A stretch of 64,000 bases of DNA, taken from the NCBI GenBank assembly GCA_964016885.1, contig OZ024747.1, positions 73,904,001 through 73,968,000 on the forward strand, in the 5' to 3' direction. The translations under genes and the position numbers were made by a program. Under the pieces are notes generated by a model. It ran no database searches. It had not been told where the DNA came from and saw only the letters and a program-made list of their open reading frames with translations. This document shows, one piece after another, positions 41,601-56,600 of this stretch. The DNA comes from Eledone cirrhosa. Lineage: Eukaryota. Position 1 is the stretch's first letter. Every line of letters starts with the position of its first letter.

Positions 41601-44600
41601 GGATCTATTGCTGTTGTCATGTACAGAGCCTATATGTAAGGATCTATTGATGTGGTCATGTACAGAGCCTATATGTAAGGATCTATTGCTGTTGTCATGT
41701 ACAGAGCCTATATGTAAGGATCTTTTGATGTGGTCATGTACAGAGCCTATATGTAAGGATCTATTTCTGTTGTCATGTACAGAGCCTATATGTAAGGATC
41801 TATTGATGTGTTCATGTACAGATACTATATGTAAGGATCTATTGATGTGGTCATGTACAGAGCCTATATGTAAGGATCATTTGATGTGGTCATGTACAGA
41901 GCCTATATGTAAGGATCTATTGATGTTGTCATGTACAGAGCCTATATGTAAGGATCTATTGATGTGGTCATGTACAGAGCCTATATGTAAGGATCTATTG
42001 ATGTGGTCATGTACAGAGCCTATATGTAAGGATCTATTGATGTGGTCATGTACAGAGCCTATATGTAAGGATCTATTGATGTGGTCATGTACAGAATCTA
42101 TATGTAAGGATCTATTGCTGTTGTCATGTACAGAGCCTATATGTAAGGATCTATTGATGTGGTCATGTACAGAGCCTATATGTAAGGATTTATTGCTGTT
42201 GTCATGTACAGAGCCTATATGTAAGGATCTATTGCTGTGGTCATGTACAGAGCCTATATGTAAGGATCTATTGATGTGGTCATGTACAGAGCCTATATGT
42301 AAGGATTTATTGCTGTTGTCATGTACAGAGCCTATATGTAAGGATCTATTGCTGTGGTCATGTACAGAGCCTATATGTAAGGATCAAATGATGTGGTCAT
42401 GTACAGAGTCTATATGTAAGGATCTATTGCTGTTGTCATGTACAGAGCCTATATGTAAGGATCTATTGATGTGGTCATGTACAGAGCCTATATGTAAGGA
42501 TTTATTGCTGTTGTCATGTACAGAGCCTATATGTAAGGATCTATTGCTGTGGTCATGTACAGGGCCTATATGTAAGGATCTATTGCTGTTCTCATGTACA
42601 GAGCCTATATGTAAGGATCTATTGATGTGGTCATGTACAGAGCCTATATGTAAGGATCTATTGCTGTTGACATGTACAGAGCCTATATGTAAGGATCTAT
42701 TGCTGTGGTCATGTACAGAGTCTATATGTAAGGATCTATTGCTGTGGTCATGTACAGAGCCTATATGTAAGGATCTATTGCTGTTGCCATGTAGAGAGCC
42801 TATATGTAAGGATCTATTGCTGTTGTCATGTACAGAGCCTATATGTAAGGATCTATTGATGTGGTCATATACAGAGCCTATATGTAAGGATCTATTTATG
42901 TGGTCATGTACAGAGCCTATATGTAAGGATTTATTGCTGTTGTCATGTACAGAGCCTATATGTAAGGATCTATTGCTGTTGCCATGTAGAGAGCCTATAT
43001 GTAAGGATCTATTGCTGTTGTCATGTACAGAGCCTATATGTAAGGATCTATTGCTGTGGTCATGTACAGAGCCTATATGTAAGGATCTATTGCTGTTGCC
43101 ATGTAGAGAGCCTATATGTAAGGATCTATTGCTGTTGTTATGTACAGAGCCTATATGTAAGGATCTATTGCTGTTGCCATGTAGAGAGCCTATATGTAAG
43201 GATCTATTGCTGTTGTCATGTACAGAGCCTATATGTAAGGATCTATTGATGTGGTCATGTACAGAGCCTATATGTAAGGATCTATTGCTGTTGCCATGTA
43301 GAGAGCCTATATTTAAGGATCTATTGCTGTTGCCATGTACAGAGCCTATATGTAAGGATCTATTGCTGTTGCCATGTACAGAGCCTATATGTAAGGATCT
43401 ATTGCTGTGGTCATGTACAGAGCCTATATGTAGGGATCTATTGCTGTTGTCATGTACAGAGTCTATATGTAAGGATCTATTGCTGTGGTCATGTACAGAG
43501 CCTATATGTAAGGATCTATTTATGTGGTCATGTACAGAGCCTATATATAAGGATCTATTGCTGTTGTCATGTACAGAGACTATATGTAAGGATCTATTGC
43601 TGTGGTCATGTACGGAGCCTATATGTAAGGATCTATTGTTGTTGCCATGTACAGAGCCTATATGTAAGGATCTATTGCTCTTGTCATGTACAGAGCCTAT
43701 ATGTAAGGATCTATTGCTGTTGTCATGTAGAGAGCCTATATGTAAGGATCTATTGCTGTTGTCATGTACAGAGCCTATATGTAAGGATCTATTGCTGTGG
43801 TCATGTACAGGGCCTATATGTAAGGATCTATTGCTGTTCTCATGTACAGAGCCTATATGTAAGGATCTATTGATGTGGTCATGTACAGAGCCTATATGTA
43901 AGGATCTATTGCTGTTGTCATGTACAGAGCCTATATGTAAGGATCTATTGCTGTGGTCATGTACAGAGTCTATATGTAAGGATCTATTGCTGTGGTCATG
44001 TACAGAGCCTATATGTAAGGATCTATTGCTGTTGCCATGTAGAGAGCCTATATGTAAGGATCTATTGCTGTTGTCATGTACAGAGCCTATATGTAAGGAT
44101 CTATTGATGTGGTCATATACAGAGCCTATATGTAAGGATCTATTTATGTGGTCATGTACAGAGCCTATATGTAAGGATCTATTGTTGTTGCCATGTAGAG
44201 AGCCTATATGTAAGGATCTATTGCTGTTATCATGTACAGAGCCTATATGTAAGGATCTATTGCTGTTGCCATGTAGAGAGCCTATATGTAAGGATCTATT
44301 GCTGTTGTCATGTACAGAGCCTATATGTAAGGATCTATTGCTGTTGCCATGTAGAGAGCCTATATGTAAGGATCTATTGCTGTTGTCATGTACAGAGCCT
44401 ATAGTTAAGGATCTATTGCTGTTGCCATGTAGAGAGCCTATATGTAAGGATCTATTGTTCTTGTCATGTACAGAGCCTATATGTAAGGATCTATTGATGT
44501 GGTCATGTACAGAGCCTATATATAAGGATCTATTGCTGTGGTCATGTACAGAGCCTATATGTAAGGATCTATTGCTGTTGCCATGTAGAGAGCCTATATG

Positions 44601-47600
44601 TAAGGATCTATTGCTGTTGTCATGTACAGAGCCTATATGTAAGGATCTATTGCTGTTGCCATGTAGAGAGCCTATATGTAAGGATCTATTGCTGTTGCCA
44701 TGTACAGAGCCTATATGTAAGGATCTATTCCTGTTGCCATGTAGAGAGCCTATATGTAAGAATCTATTGCGGTTGTCATGTACAGAGCCTATATGTAAGG
44801 ATCTATTGATGTGGTCATGTACAGAGCCTATATGTAAGGATCTATTGATGTGGTCATGTACAGAGCCTATATGTAAGGATCTATTGCTCTTGTCATGTAC
44901 AGAGCCTATATGTAAGGATCTATTGCTGTTGTCATATACAGAGCCTATATGTAAGGATCTATTGCTCTTGTCATGTACAGAGCCTATATGTAAGGATCTA
45001 TTGATGTGGTCATGTACAGAGCCTATATGTAAGGATCTATTGCTCTTGTCATGTACAGAGCCTATATGTAAGGATCTATTGCTCTTGTCATGTACAGAGC
45101 CTATATGTAAGGATCTATTGCTCTTGTCATGTACAGAGCCTATATGTAAGGATCTATTGCTTTTGCCATATACAGAGCCAATATGTAAGGATCTATTGAT
45201 GTGGTCATGTACAGAGCCTATATGTAAGGATCTATTGCTCTTGTCATGTACAGAGCCTATATGTAAGCATCTATTGCTGTTGTCATGTACAGAGCCTATA
45301 TGTAAGGATCTATTGATGTGGTCATGTACAGAGCCTATATGTAAGGATCTATTGCTCTTGTCATGTTCAGAGCCTATATGTAAGCATCTATTGATGTGGT
45401 CATGTACAGAGCCTATATGTAAGCATCTATTGCTGTTGTCATGTACAGAGCCTATATGTAAGGATCTATTGATGTGGTCATGTACAGAGCCTATATATAA
45501 GGATCTATTGCTGTTGTCATGTACAGAGCCTATATGTAAGGATCTATTGCTGTGGTCATGTACGGAGCCTATATGTAAGGATCTATTGCTGTTGCCATGT
45601 ACAGAGCCTATATGTAAGGATCTATTGCTCTTGTCATGTACAGAGCCTATATGTAAGGATCTATTGCTGTTGCCATGTACAGAGCCTATATGTAAGGATC
45701 TATTGATGTGGTCATGTACAGAGTCTATATGTAAGGATCTATTGCTGTTGTCATGTACAGAGCCTATATGTAAGGATCTATTGATGTGGTCATGTACAGA
45801 GTCTATATGTAAGGATCTATTGCTGTTGTCATGTACAGAGCCTATATGTAAGGATCTATTGATGTGGTCATGTACAGAGCCTATATGTAAGGATCTATTG
45901 CTGTTGTCATGTACAGAGCCTATATGTAAGGATCTTTTGATGTGGTCATGTACAGAGCCTATATGTAAGGATCTATTTCTGTTGTCATGTACAGAGCCTA
46001 TATGTAAGGATCTATTGATGTGTTCATGTACAGATACTATATGTAAGGATCTATTGATGTGGTCATGTACAGAGCCTATATGTAAGGATCTATTGATGTG
46101 GTCATGTACAGAGCCTATATGTAAGGATCTATTGATGTTGTCATGTACAGAGCCTATATGTAAGGATCTATTGATGTGGTCATGTACAGAGCCTATATGT
46201 AAGGATCTATTGATGTGGTCATGTACAGAGCCTATATGTAAGGATCTATTGATGTGGTCATGTACAGAGCCTATATGTAAGGATCTATTGATGTGGTCAT
46301 GTACAGAATCTATATGTAAGGATCTATTGCTGTTGTCATGTACAGAGCCTATATGTAAGGATCTATTGATGTGGTCATGTACAGAGCCTATATGTAAGGA
46401 TTTATTGCTGTTGTCATGTACAGAGCCTATATGTAAGTATCTATTGCTTTGGTCATGTACAGAGCCTATATGTAAGGATCTATTGATGTGGTCATGTACA
46501 GAGCCTATATGTAAGGATTTATTGCTGTTGTCATGTACAGAGCCTATATGTAAGGATCTATTGCTGTGGTCATGTACAGAGCCTATATGTAAGGATCAAA
46601 TGATGTGGTCATGTACAGAGTCTATATGTAAGGATCTATTGCTGTTGTCATGTACAGAGCCTATATGTAAGGATCTATTGATGTGGTCATGTACAGAGCC
46701 TATATGTAAGGATTTATTGCTGTTGTCATGTACAGAGCCTATATGTAAGGATCTATTGCTGTGGTCATGTACAGGGCCTATATGTAAGGATCTATTGCTG
46801 TTCTCATGTACAGAGCCTATATGTAAGGATCTATTGATGTGGTCATGTACAGAGCCTATATGTAAGGATCTATTGCTGTTGACATGTACAGAGCCTATAT
46901 GTAAGGATCTATTGCTGTGGTCATGTACAGAGTCTTTATGTAAGGATCTATTGCTGTGGTCATGTACAGAGCCTATATGTAAGGATCTATTGCTGTTGCC
47001 ATGTAGAGAGCCTATATGTAAGGATCTTTTGCTGTTGTCATGTACAGAGCCTATATGTAAGGATCTATTGATGTGGTCATATACAGAGCCTATATGTAAG
47101 GATCTATTTATGTGGTCATGTACAGAGCCTATATGTAAGGATTTATTGCTGTTGTCATGTACAGAGCCTATATGTAAGGATCTATTGCTGTTGCCATGTA
47201 GAGAGCCTATATGTAAGGATCTATTGCTGTTGTCATGTACAGAGCCTATATGTAAGGATCTATTGCTGTGGTCATGTACAGAGCCTCTATGTAAGGATCT
47301 ATTGCTGTTGTCATGTACAGAGCCTATATGTAAGGATCTATTGCTGTTGCCATGTAGAGAGCCTATATGTAAGGATCTATTGCTGTTGTCATGTACAGAG
47401 CCTATATGTAAGGATCTATTGATGTGGTCATGTACAGAGCCTATATGTAAGGATCTATTGCTGTTGCCATGTAGAGAGCCTATATGTAAGGATCTATTGC
47501 TGTTGCCATGTACAGAGCCTATATGTAAGGATCTATTGCTGTTGCCATGTACAGAGCCTATATGTAAGGATCTATTGATGTGGTCATGTACAGAGCCTAT

Positions 47601-50600
47601 ATATAAGGATCTATTGCTGTTGTCATGTACAGAGACTATATGTAAGGATCTATTGCTGTGGTCATGTACGGAGCCTATATGTAAGGATCTATTGCTGTTG
47701 CCATGTACAGAGCCTATATGTAAGGATCTATTGCTCTTGTCATGTACAGAGCCTATATGTAAGGATCTATTGCTGTTGTCATGTAGAGAGCCTATATGTA
47801 AGGATCTATTGCTGTTGTCATGTACAGAGCCTATATGTAAGGATCTATTGCTGTGGTCATGTACAGGGCCTATATGTAAGGATCTATTGCTGTTCTCATG
47901 TACAGAGCCTATATGTAAGGATCTATTGATGTGGTCATGTACAGAGCCTATATGTAATGATCTATTGCTGTTGTCATGTACAGAGCCTATATGTAAGGAT
48001 CTATTGCTGTGGTCATGTACAGAGTCTATATGTAAGGATCTATTGATGTGGCCATGTACAGAGCCTATATGTAAGGATTTATTGCTGTTGTCATGTACAG
48101 AGCCTATATGTAAGGATCTATTGCTGTGGTCATGTACAGAGCCTATATGTAAGGATCTATTGCTGTTGTCATGTACAGAGCCTATATGTAAGGATCTATT
48201 GATGTGGTCATGTACAGAGTCTATATGTAAGGATCTATTGCTGTTGTCATGTAGAGAGCCTATATGTAAGGATCTATTGATGTGGTCATGTACAGAGCCT
48301 ATATGTAAGGATCTATTGATGTGGTCATGTACAGAGCCTATATGTAAGGATCTATTGCTGTTGTCATGTACAGAGCCTATATGTAAGGATCTATTGCTGT
48401 TGTCATGTACAGAGCCTATATGTAAGGATCTATTTCTGTTGTCATGTACAGAGCCTATATGTAAGGATCTATTGCTATTGTCATGTACAGAGCCTATATG
48501 TAAGGATCTATTGCTGTTGTCATGTACAGAGCCTATATGTAAGGATCTATTGCTGTGGTCATGTACCGAGCCTATATGTAAGGATCTATTGATGTTGTCA
48601 TGTACAGAGCTTATATGTAAGGATCTATTGATGTGGTCATGTACAGAGACTATATGTAAGGATCTATTGCTGTGGTCATGTACAGAGCCTATATGTAAGG
48701 ATCTATTGATGTGGTCATGTACAGAGTCTATATGTAAGGATCTATTGCTGTTGTCATGTACAGAGCCTATATGTAAGGATCTATTGATGTGGTCATGTAC
48801 AGAGTCTATATGTAAGGATCTATTGCTGTTGTCATGTACAGAGCCTATATGTAAGGATCTATTGATGTGGTCATGTACAGAGCCTATATGTAAGGATCTA
48901 TTGCTGTTGTCATGTACAGAGCCTATATGTAAGGATCTTTTGATGTGGTCATGTACAGAGCCTATATGTAAGGATCTATTTCTGTTGTCATGTACAGAGC
49001 CTATATGTAAGGATCTATTGATGTGTTCATGTACAGATACTATATGTAAGGATCTATTGATGTGGTCATGTACAGAGCCTATATGTAAGGATCATTTGAT
49101 GTGGTCATGTACAGAGCCTATATGTAAGGATCTATTGATGTTGTCATGTACAGAGCCTATATGTAAGGATCTATTGATGTGGTCATGTACAGAGCCTATA
49201 TGTAAGGATCTATTGATGTGGTCATGTACAGAGCCTATATGTAAGGATCTATTGATGTGGTCATGTACAGAGCCTATATGTAAGGATCTATTGATGTGGT
49301 CATGTACAGAATCTATATGTAAGGATCTATTGCTGTTGTCATGTACAGAGCCTATATGTAAGGATCTATTGATGTGGTCATGTACAGAGCCTATATGTAA
49401 GGATTTATTGCTGTTGTCATGTACAGAGCCTATATGTAAGGATCTATTGCTGTGGTCATGTACAGAGCCTATATGTAAGGATCTATTGATGTGGTCATGT
49501 ACAGAGCCTATATGTAAGGATTTATTGCTGTTGTCATGTACAGAGCCTATATGTAAGGATCTATTGCTGTGGTCATGTACAGAGCCTATATGTAAGGATC
49601 TATTGCTGTTGTCATGTACAGAGCCTATATGTAAGGATTTATTGCTGTTGTCATGTACAGAGCCTATATGTAAGGATTTATTGCTGTGGTCATGTACAGG
49701 GCCTATATGTAAGGATCTATTGCTGTTCTCATGTACAGAGCCTATATGTAAGGATCTATTGATGTGGTCATGTACAGAGCCTATATGTAAGGATCTATTG
49801 CTGTTGACATGTACAGAGCCTATATGTAAGGATCTATTGCTGTGGTCATGTACAGAGTCTTTATGTAAGGATCTATTGCTGTGGTCATGTACAGAGCCTA
49901 TATGTAAGGATCTATTGCTGTTGCCATGTAGAGAGCCTATATGTAAGGATCTATTGCTGTTGTCATGTACAGAGCCTATATGTAAGGATCTATTGATGTG
50001 GTCATATACAGAGCCTATATGTAAGGATCTATTTATGTGGTCATGTACAGAGCCTATATGTAAGGATTTATTGCTGTTGTCATGTACAGAGCCTATATGT
50101 AAGGATCTATTGCTGTTGCCATGTAGAGAGCCTATATGTAAGGATCTATTGCTGTTGTCATGTACAGAGCCTATATGTAAGGATCTATTGCTGTGGTCAT
50201 GTACAGAGCCTCTATGTAAGGATCTATTGCTGTTGTCATGTACAGAGCCTATATGTAAGGATCTATTGCTGTTGCCATGTAGAGAGCCTATATGTAAGGA
50301 TCTATTGCTGTTGTCATGTACAGAGCCTATATGTAAGGATCTATTGATGTGGTCATGTACAGAGCCTATATGTAAGGATCTATTGCTGTTGCCATGTAGA
50401 GAGCCTATATGTAAGGATCTATTGCTGTTGCCATGTACAGAGCCTATATGTAAGGATCTATTGCTGTTGCCATGTACAGAGCCTATATGTAAGGATCTAT
50501 TGATGTGGTCATGTACAGAGCCTATATATAAGGATCTATTGCTGTTGTCATGTACAGAGACTATATGTAAGGATCTATTGCTGTGGTCATGTACGGAGCC

Positions 50601-53600
50601 TATATGTAAGGATCTATTGCTGTTGCCATGTACAGAGCCTATATGTAAGGATCTATTGCTCTTGTCATGTACAGAGCCTATATGTAAGGATCTATTGCTG
50701 TTGTCATGTAGAGAGCCTATATGTAAGGATCTATTGCTGTTGTCATGTACAGAGCCTATATGTAAGGATCTATTGCTGTGGTCATGTACAGGGCCTATAT
50801 GTAAGGATCTATTGCTGTTCTCATGTACAGAGCCTATATGTAAGGATCTATTGATGTGGTCATGTACAGAGCCTATATGTAATGATCTATTGCTGTTGTC
50901 ATGTACAGAGCCTATATGTAAGGATCTATTGCTGTGGTCATGTACAGAGTCTATATGTAAGGATCTATTGATGTGGCCATGTACAGAGCCTATATGTAAG
51001 GATTTATTGCTGTTGTCATGTACAGAGCCTATATGTAAGGATCTATTGCTGTGGTCATGTACAGAGCCTATATGTAAGGATCTATTGCTGTTGTCATGTA
51101 CAGAGCCTATATGTAAGGATCTATTGATGTGGTCATGTACAGAGTCTATATGTAAGGATCTATTGCTGTTGTCATGTAGAGAGCCTATATGTAAGGATCT
51201 ATTGATGTGGTCATGTACAGAGCCTATATGTAAGGATCTATTGATGTGGTCATGTACAGAGCCTATATGTAAGGATCTATTGCTGTTGTCATGTACAGAG
51301 CCTATATGTAAGGATCTATTGCTGTTGTCATGTACAGAGCCTATATGTAAGGATCTATTTCTGTTGTCATGTACAGAGCCTATATGTAAGGATCTATTGC
51401 TATTGTCATGTACAGAGCCTATATGTAAGGATCTATTGCTGTTGTCATGTACAGAGCCTATATGTAAGGATCTATTGCTGTGGTCATGTACCGAGCCTAT
51501 ATGTAAGGATCTATTGATGTTGTCATGTACAGAGCTTATATGTAAGGATCTATTGATGTGGTCATGTACAGAGACTATATGTAAGGATCTATTGCTGTGG
51601 TCATGTACAGAGCCTATATGTAAGGATCTATTGATGTGGTCATGTACAGAGTCTATATGTAAGGATCTATTGCTGTTGTCATGTACAGAGCCTATATGTA
51701 AGGATCTATTGATGTGGTCATGTACAGAGTCTATATGTAAGGATCTATTGCTGTTGTCATGTACAGAGCCTATATGTAAGGATCTATTGATGTGGTCATG
51801 TACAGAGCCTATATGTAAGGATCTATTGCTGTTGTCATGTACAGAGCCTATATGTAAGGATCTTTTGATGTGGTCATGTACAGAGCCTATATGTAAGGAT
51901 CTATTTCTGTTGTCATGTACAGAGCCTATATGTAAGGATCTATTGATGTGTTCATGTACAGAGCCTATATGTAAGGATCATTTGATGTGGTCATGTACAG
52001 AGCCTATATGTAAGGATCTATTGATGTTGTCATGTACAGAGCCTATATGTAAGGATCTATTGATGTGGTCATGTACAGAGCCTATATGTAAGGATCTATT
52101 GATGTGGTCATGTACAGAGCCTATATGTAAGGATCTATTGATGTGGTCATGTACAGAGCCTATATGTAAGGATCTATTGATGTGGTCATGTACAGAATCT
52201 ATATGTAAGGATCTATTGCTGTTGTCATGTACAGAGCCTATATGTAAGGATCTATTGATGTGGTCATGTACAGAGCCTATATGTAAGGATTTATTGCTGT
52301 TGTCATGTACAGAGCCTATATGTAAGGATCTATTGCTGTGGTCATGTACAGAGCCTATATGTAAGGATCTATTGATGTGGTCATGTACAGAGCCTATATG
52401 TAAGGATTTATTGCTGTTGTCATGTACAGAGCCTATATGTAAGGATCTATTGCTGTGGTCATGTACAGAGCCTATATGTAAGGATCAAATGATGTGGTCA
52501 TGTACAGAGTCTATATGTAAGGATCTATTGCTGTTGTCATGTACAGAGCCTATATGTAAGGATCTATTGATGTGGTCATGTACAGAGCCTATATGTAAGG
52601 ATTTATTGCTGTTGTCATGTACAGAGCCTATATGTAAGGATCTATTGCTGTGGTCATGTACAGGGCCTATATGTAAGGATCTATTGCTGTTCTCATGTAC
52701 AGAGCCTATATGTAAGGATCTATTGATGTGGTCATGTACAGAGCCTATATGTAAGGATCTATTGCTGTTGACATGTACAGAGCCTATATGTAAGGATCTA
52801 TTTATGTGGTCATGTACAGAGCCTATATGTAAGGATTTATTGCTGTTGTCATGTACAGAGCCTATATGTAAGGATCTATTGCTGTTGCCATGTAGAGAGC
52901 CTATATGTAAGGATCTATTGCTGTTGTCATGTACAGAGCCTATATGTAAGGATCTATTGCTGTGGTCATGTACAGAGCCTATATGTAAGGATCTATTGCT
53001 GTTGCCATGTAGAGAGCCTATATGTAAGGATCTATTGCTGTTGTCATGTACAGAGCCTATATGTAAGGATCTATTGCTGTTGCCATGTAGAGAGCCTATA
53101 TGTAAGGATCTATTGCTGTTGTCATGTACAGAGCCTATATGTAAGGATCTATTGATGTGGTCATGTACAGAGCCTATATGTAAGGATCTATTGCTGTTGC
53201 CATGTAGAGAGCCTATATGTAAGGATCTATTGCTGTTGCCATGTACAGAGCCTATATGTAAGGATCTATTGCTGTTGCCATGTACAGAGCCTATATGTAA
53301 GGATCTATTGCTGTGGTCATGTACAGAGCCTATATGTAGGGATCTATTGCTGTTGTCATGTACAGAGTCTATATGTAAGGATCTATTGCTGTGGTCATGT
53401 ACAGAGCCTAGATGTAAGGATCTATTGATGTGGTCATGTACAGAGCCTATATATAAGGATCTATTGCTGTTGTCATGTACAGAGACTATATGTAAGGATC
53501 TATTGCTGTGGTCATGTACGGAGCCTATATGTAAGGATCTATTGCTGTTGCCATGTACAGAGCCTATATGTAAGGATCTATTGCTCTTGTCATGTACAGA

Positions 53601-56600
53601 GCCTATATGTAAGGATCTATTGCTGTTGTCATGTAGAGAGCCTATATGTAAGGATCTATTGTTGTTGTCATGTACAGAGCCTATATGTAAGGATCTATTG
53701 CTGTGGTCATGTACAGGGCCTATATGTAAGGATCTATTGCTGTTCTCATGTACAGAGCCTATATGTAAGGATCTATTGATGTGGTCATGTACAGAGCCTA
53801 TATGTAAGGATCTATTGCTGTTGTCATGTACAGAGCCTATATGTAAGGATCTATTGCTGTGGTCATGTACAGAGTCTATATGTAAGGATCTATTGCTGTG
53901 GTCATGTACAGAGCCTATATGTAAGGATCTATTGCTGTTGCCATGTAGAGAGCCTATATGTAAGGATCTATTGCTGTTGTCATGTACAGAGCCTATATGT
54001 AAGGATCTATTGATGTGGTCATATACAGAGCCTATATGTAAGGATCTATTTATGTGGTCATGTACAGAGCCTATATGTAAGGATCTATTGCTGTTGCCAT
54101 GTAGAGAGCCTATATGTAAGGATCTATTGCTGTTGTCATGTACAGAGCCTATATGTAAGGATCTATTGCTGTTGCCATGTAGAGAGCCTATATGTAAGGA
54201 TCTATTGCTGTTGTCATGTACAGAGCCTATATGTAAGGATCTATTGCTGTTGCCATGTAGAGAGCCTATATGTAAGGATCTATTGCTGTTGTCATGTACA
54301 GAGCCTATAGTTAAGGATCTATTGCTGTTGCCATGTAGAGAGCCTATATGTAAGGATCTATTGTTCTTGTCATGTACAGAGCCTATATGTAAGGATCTAT
54401 TGATGTGGTCATGTACAGAGCCTATATGTAAGGATCTATTGCTGTGGTCATGTACAGAGCCTATATGTAAGGATCTATTGCTGTTGCCATGTAGAGAGCC
54501 TATATGTAAGGATCTATTGCTGTTGTCATGTACAGAGCCTATATGTAAGGATCTATTGCTGTTGCCATGAAGAGAGCCTATATGTAAGGATCTATTGCTG
54601 TTGCCATGTACAGAGCCTATATGTAAGGATCTATTGCTGTTGCCATGTAGAGAGCCTATATGTAAGAATCTATTGCGGTTGTCATGTACAGAGCCTATAT
54701 GTAAGGATCTATTGATGTGGTCATGTACAGAGCCTATATGTAAGGATCTATTGATGTGGTCATGTACAGAGCCTATATGTAAGGATCTATTGCTCTTGTC
54801 ATGTACAGAGCCTATATGTAAGGATCTATTGCTGTTGTCATATACAGAGCCTATATCTAAGGATCTATTGCTCTTGTCATGTACAGAGCCTATATGTAAG
54901 GATCTATTGATGTGGTCATGTACAGAGCCTATATGTAAGGATCTATTGCTCTTGTCATGTACAGAGCCTATATGTAAGGATCTATTGCTCTTGTCATGTA
55001 CAGAGCCTATATGTAAGGATCTATTGCTCTTGTCATGTACAGAGCCTATATGTAAGGATCTATTGCTGTTGCCATATACAGAGCCTATATGTAAGGATCT
55101 ATTGATGTGGTCATGTACAGAGCCTATATGTAAGGATCTATTGCTCTTGTCATGTACAGAGCCTATATGTAAGCATCTATTGCTGTTGTCATGTACAGAG
55201 CCTATATGTAAGGATCTATTGATGTGGTCATGTACAGAGCCTATATGTAAGGATCTATTGCTCTTGTCATGTTCAGAGCCTATATGTAAGCATCTATTGA
55301 TGTGGTCATGTACAGAGCCTATATGTAAGCATCTATTGCTGTTGTCATGTACAGAGCCTATATGTAAGGATCTATTGATGTGGTCATGTACAGAGCCTAT
55401 ATATAAGGATCTATTGCTGTTGTCATGTACAGAGCCTATATGTAAGGATCTATTGCTGTGGTCATGTACGGAGCCTATATGTAAGGATCTATTGCTGTTG
55501 CCATGTACAGAGCCTATATGTAAGGATCTATTGCTCTTGTCATGTACATAGCCTATATGTAAGGATCTATTGCTGTTGCCATGTACAGAGCCTATATGTA
55601 AGGATCTATTGCTCTTGTCATGTACAGAGCCTATATGTAAGGATCTATTGATGTGGTCATGTACAGAGCCTATATGTAAGGATCTATTGCTCTTGTCATG
55701 TACAGAGCCTATATGTAAGGATCTATTGCTCTTTTCATGTACAGAGCCTATATGTAAGGATCTATTGCTCTTGTCATGTACAGAGCCTATATGTAAGGAT
55801 CTATTGCTGTTGCCATGTACAGAGCCTATATGTAAGGATCTATTGCTCTTGTCATGTACAGAGCCTATATGTAAGGATCTATTGCTCTTGTCATGTACAG
55901 AGCCTATATGTAAGGATCTATTGATGTGGTCATGTACAGAGCCTATATGTAAGGATCTATTGCTCTTGTCATGTTCAGAGCCTATATGTAAGCATCTATT
56001 GCTGTTGTCATGTACAGAGCCTATATGTAAGGCTCTATTGATGTGGTCATGTACAGAGCCTATATGTAAGGATCTATTGCTCTTGTCATGTTCAGAGACT
56101 ATATGTAAGCATCTATTGCTGTTGTTATGTACAGAGACTATATGTAAGGATCTATTGATGTGGTCATGTACAGAGCCTATATGTAAGGATCTATTGCTCT
56201 TGTCATGTTCAGAGCCTATATGTAAGGATCTATTGCTGTGGTCATGTACAGGGCCTATATGTAAGGATCTATTGCTGTTGTCATGTACAGAGCCTATATG
56301 TAAGGATCTATTGATGTGGTCATGTACAGAGCCTATATGTAAGGATCTATTGCTGTTGTCATGTACAGAGCCTATATGTAAGGATCTATTGCTGTGGTCA
56401 TGTACAGAGCCTATATGTAAGGATCTATTGCTGTTGCCATGTAGCGAGCCTATATGTAAGGATCTATTGCTGTTGTCATGTACAGAGCCTATATGTAAGG
56501 ATCTATTGATGTGGTCATATACAGAGCCTATATGTAAGGATCTATTGATGTGGTCATGTACAGAGCCTATATGTAAGGATCTATTGATGTGGTCATGTAC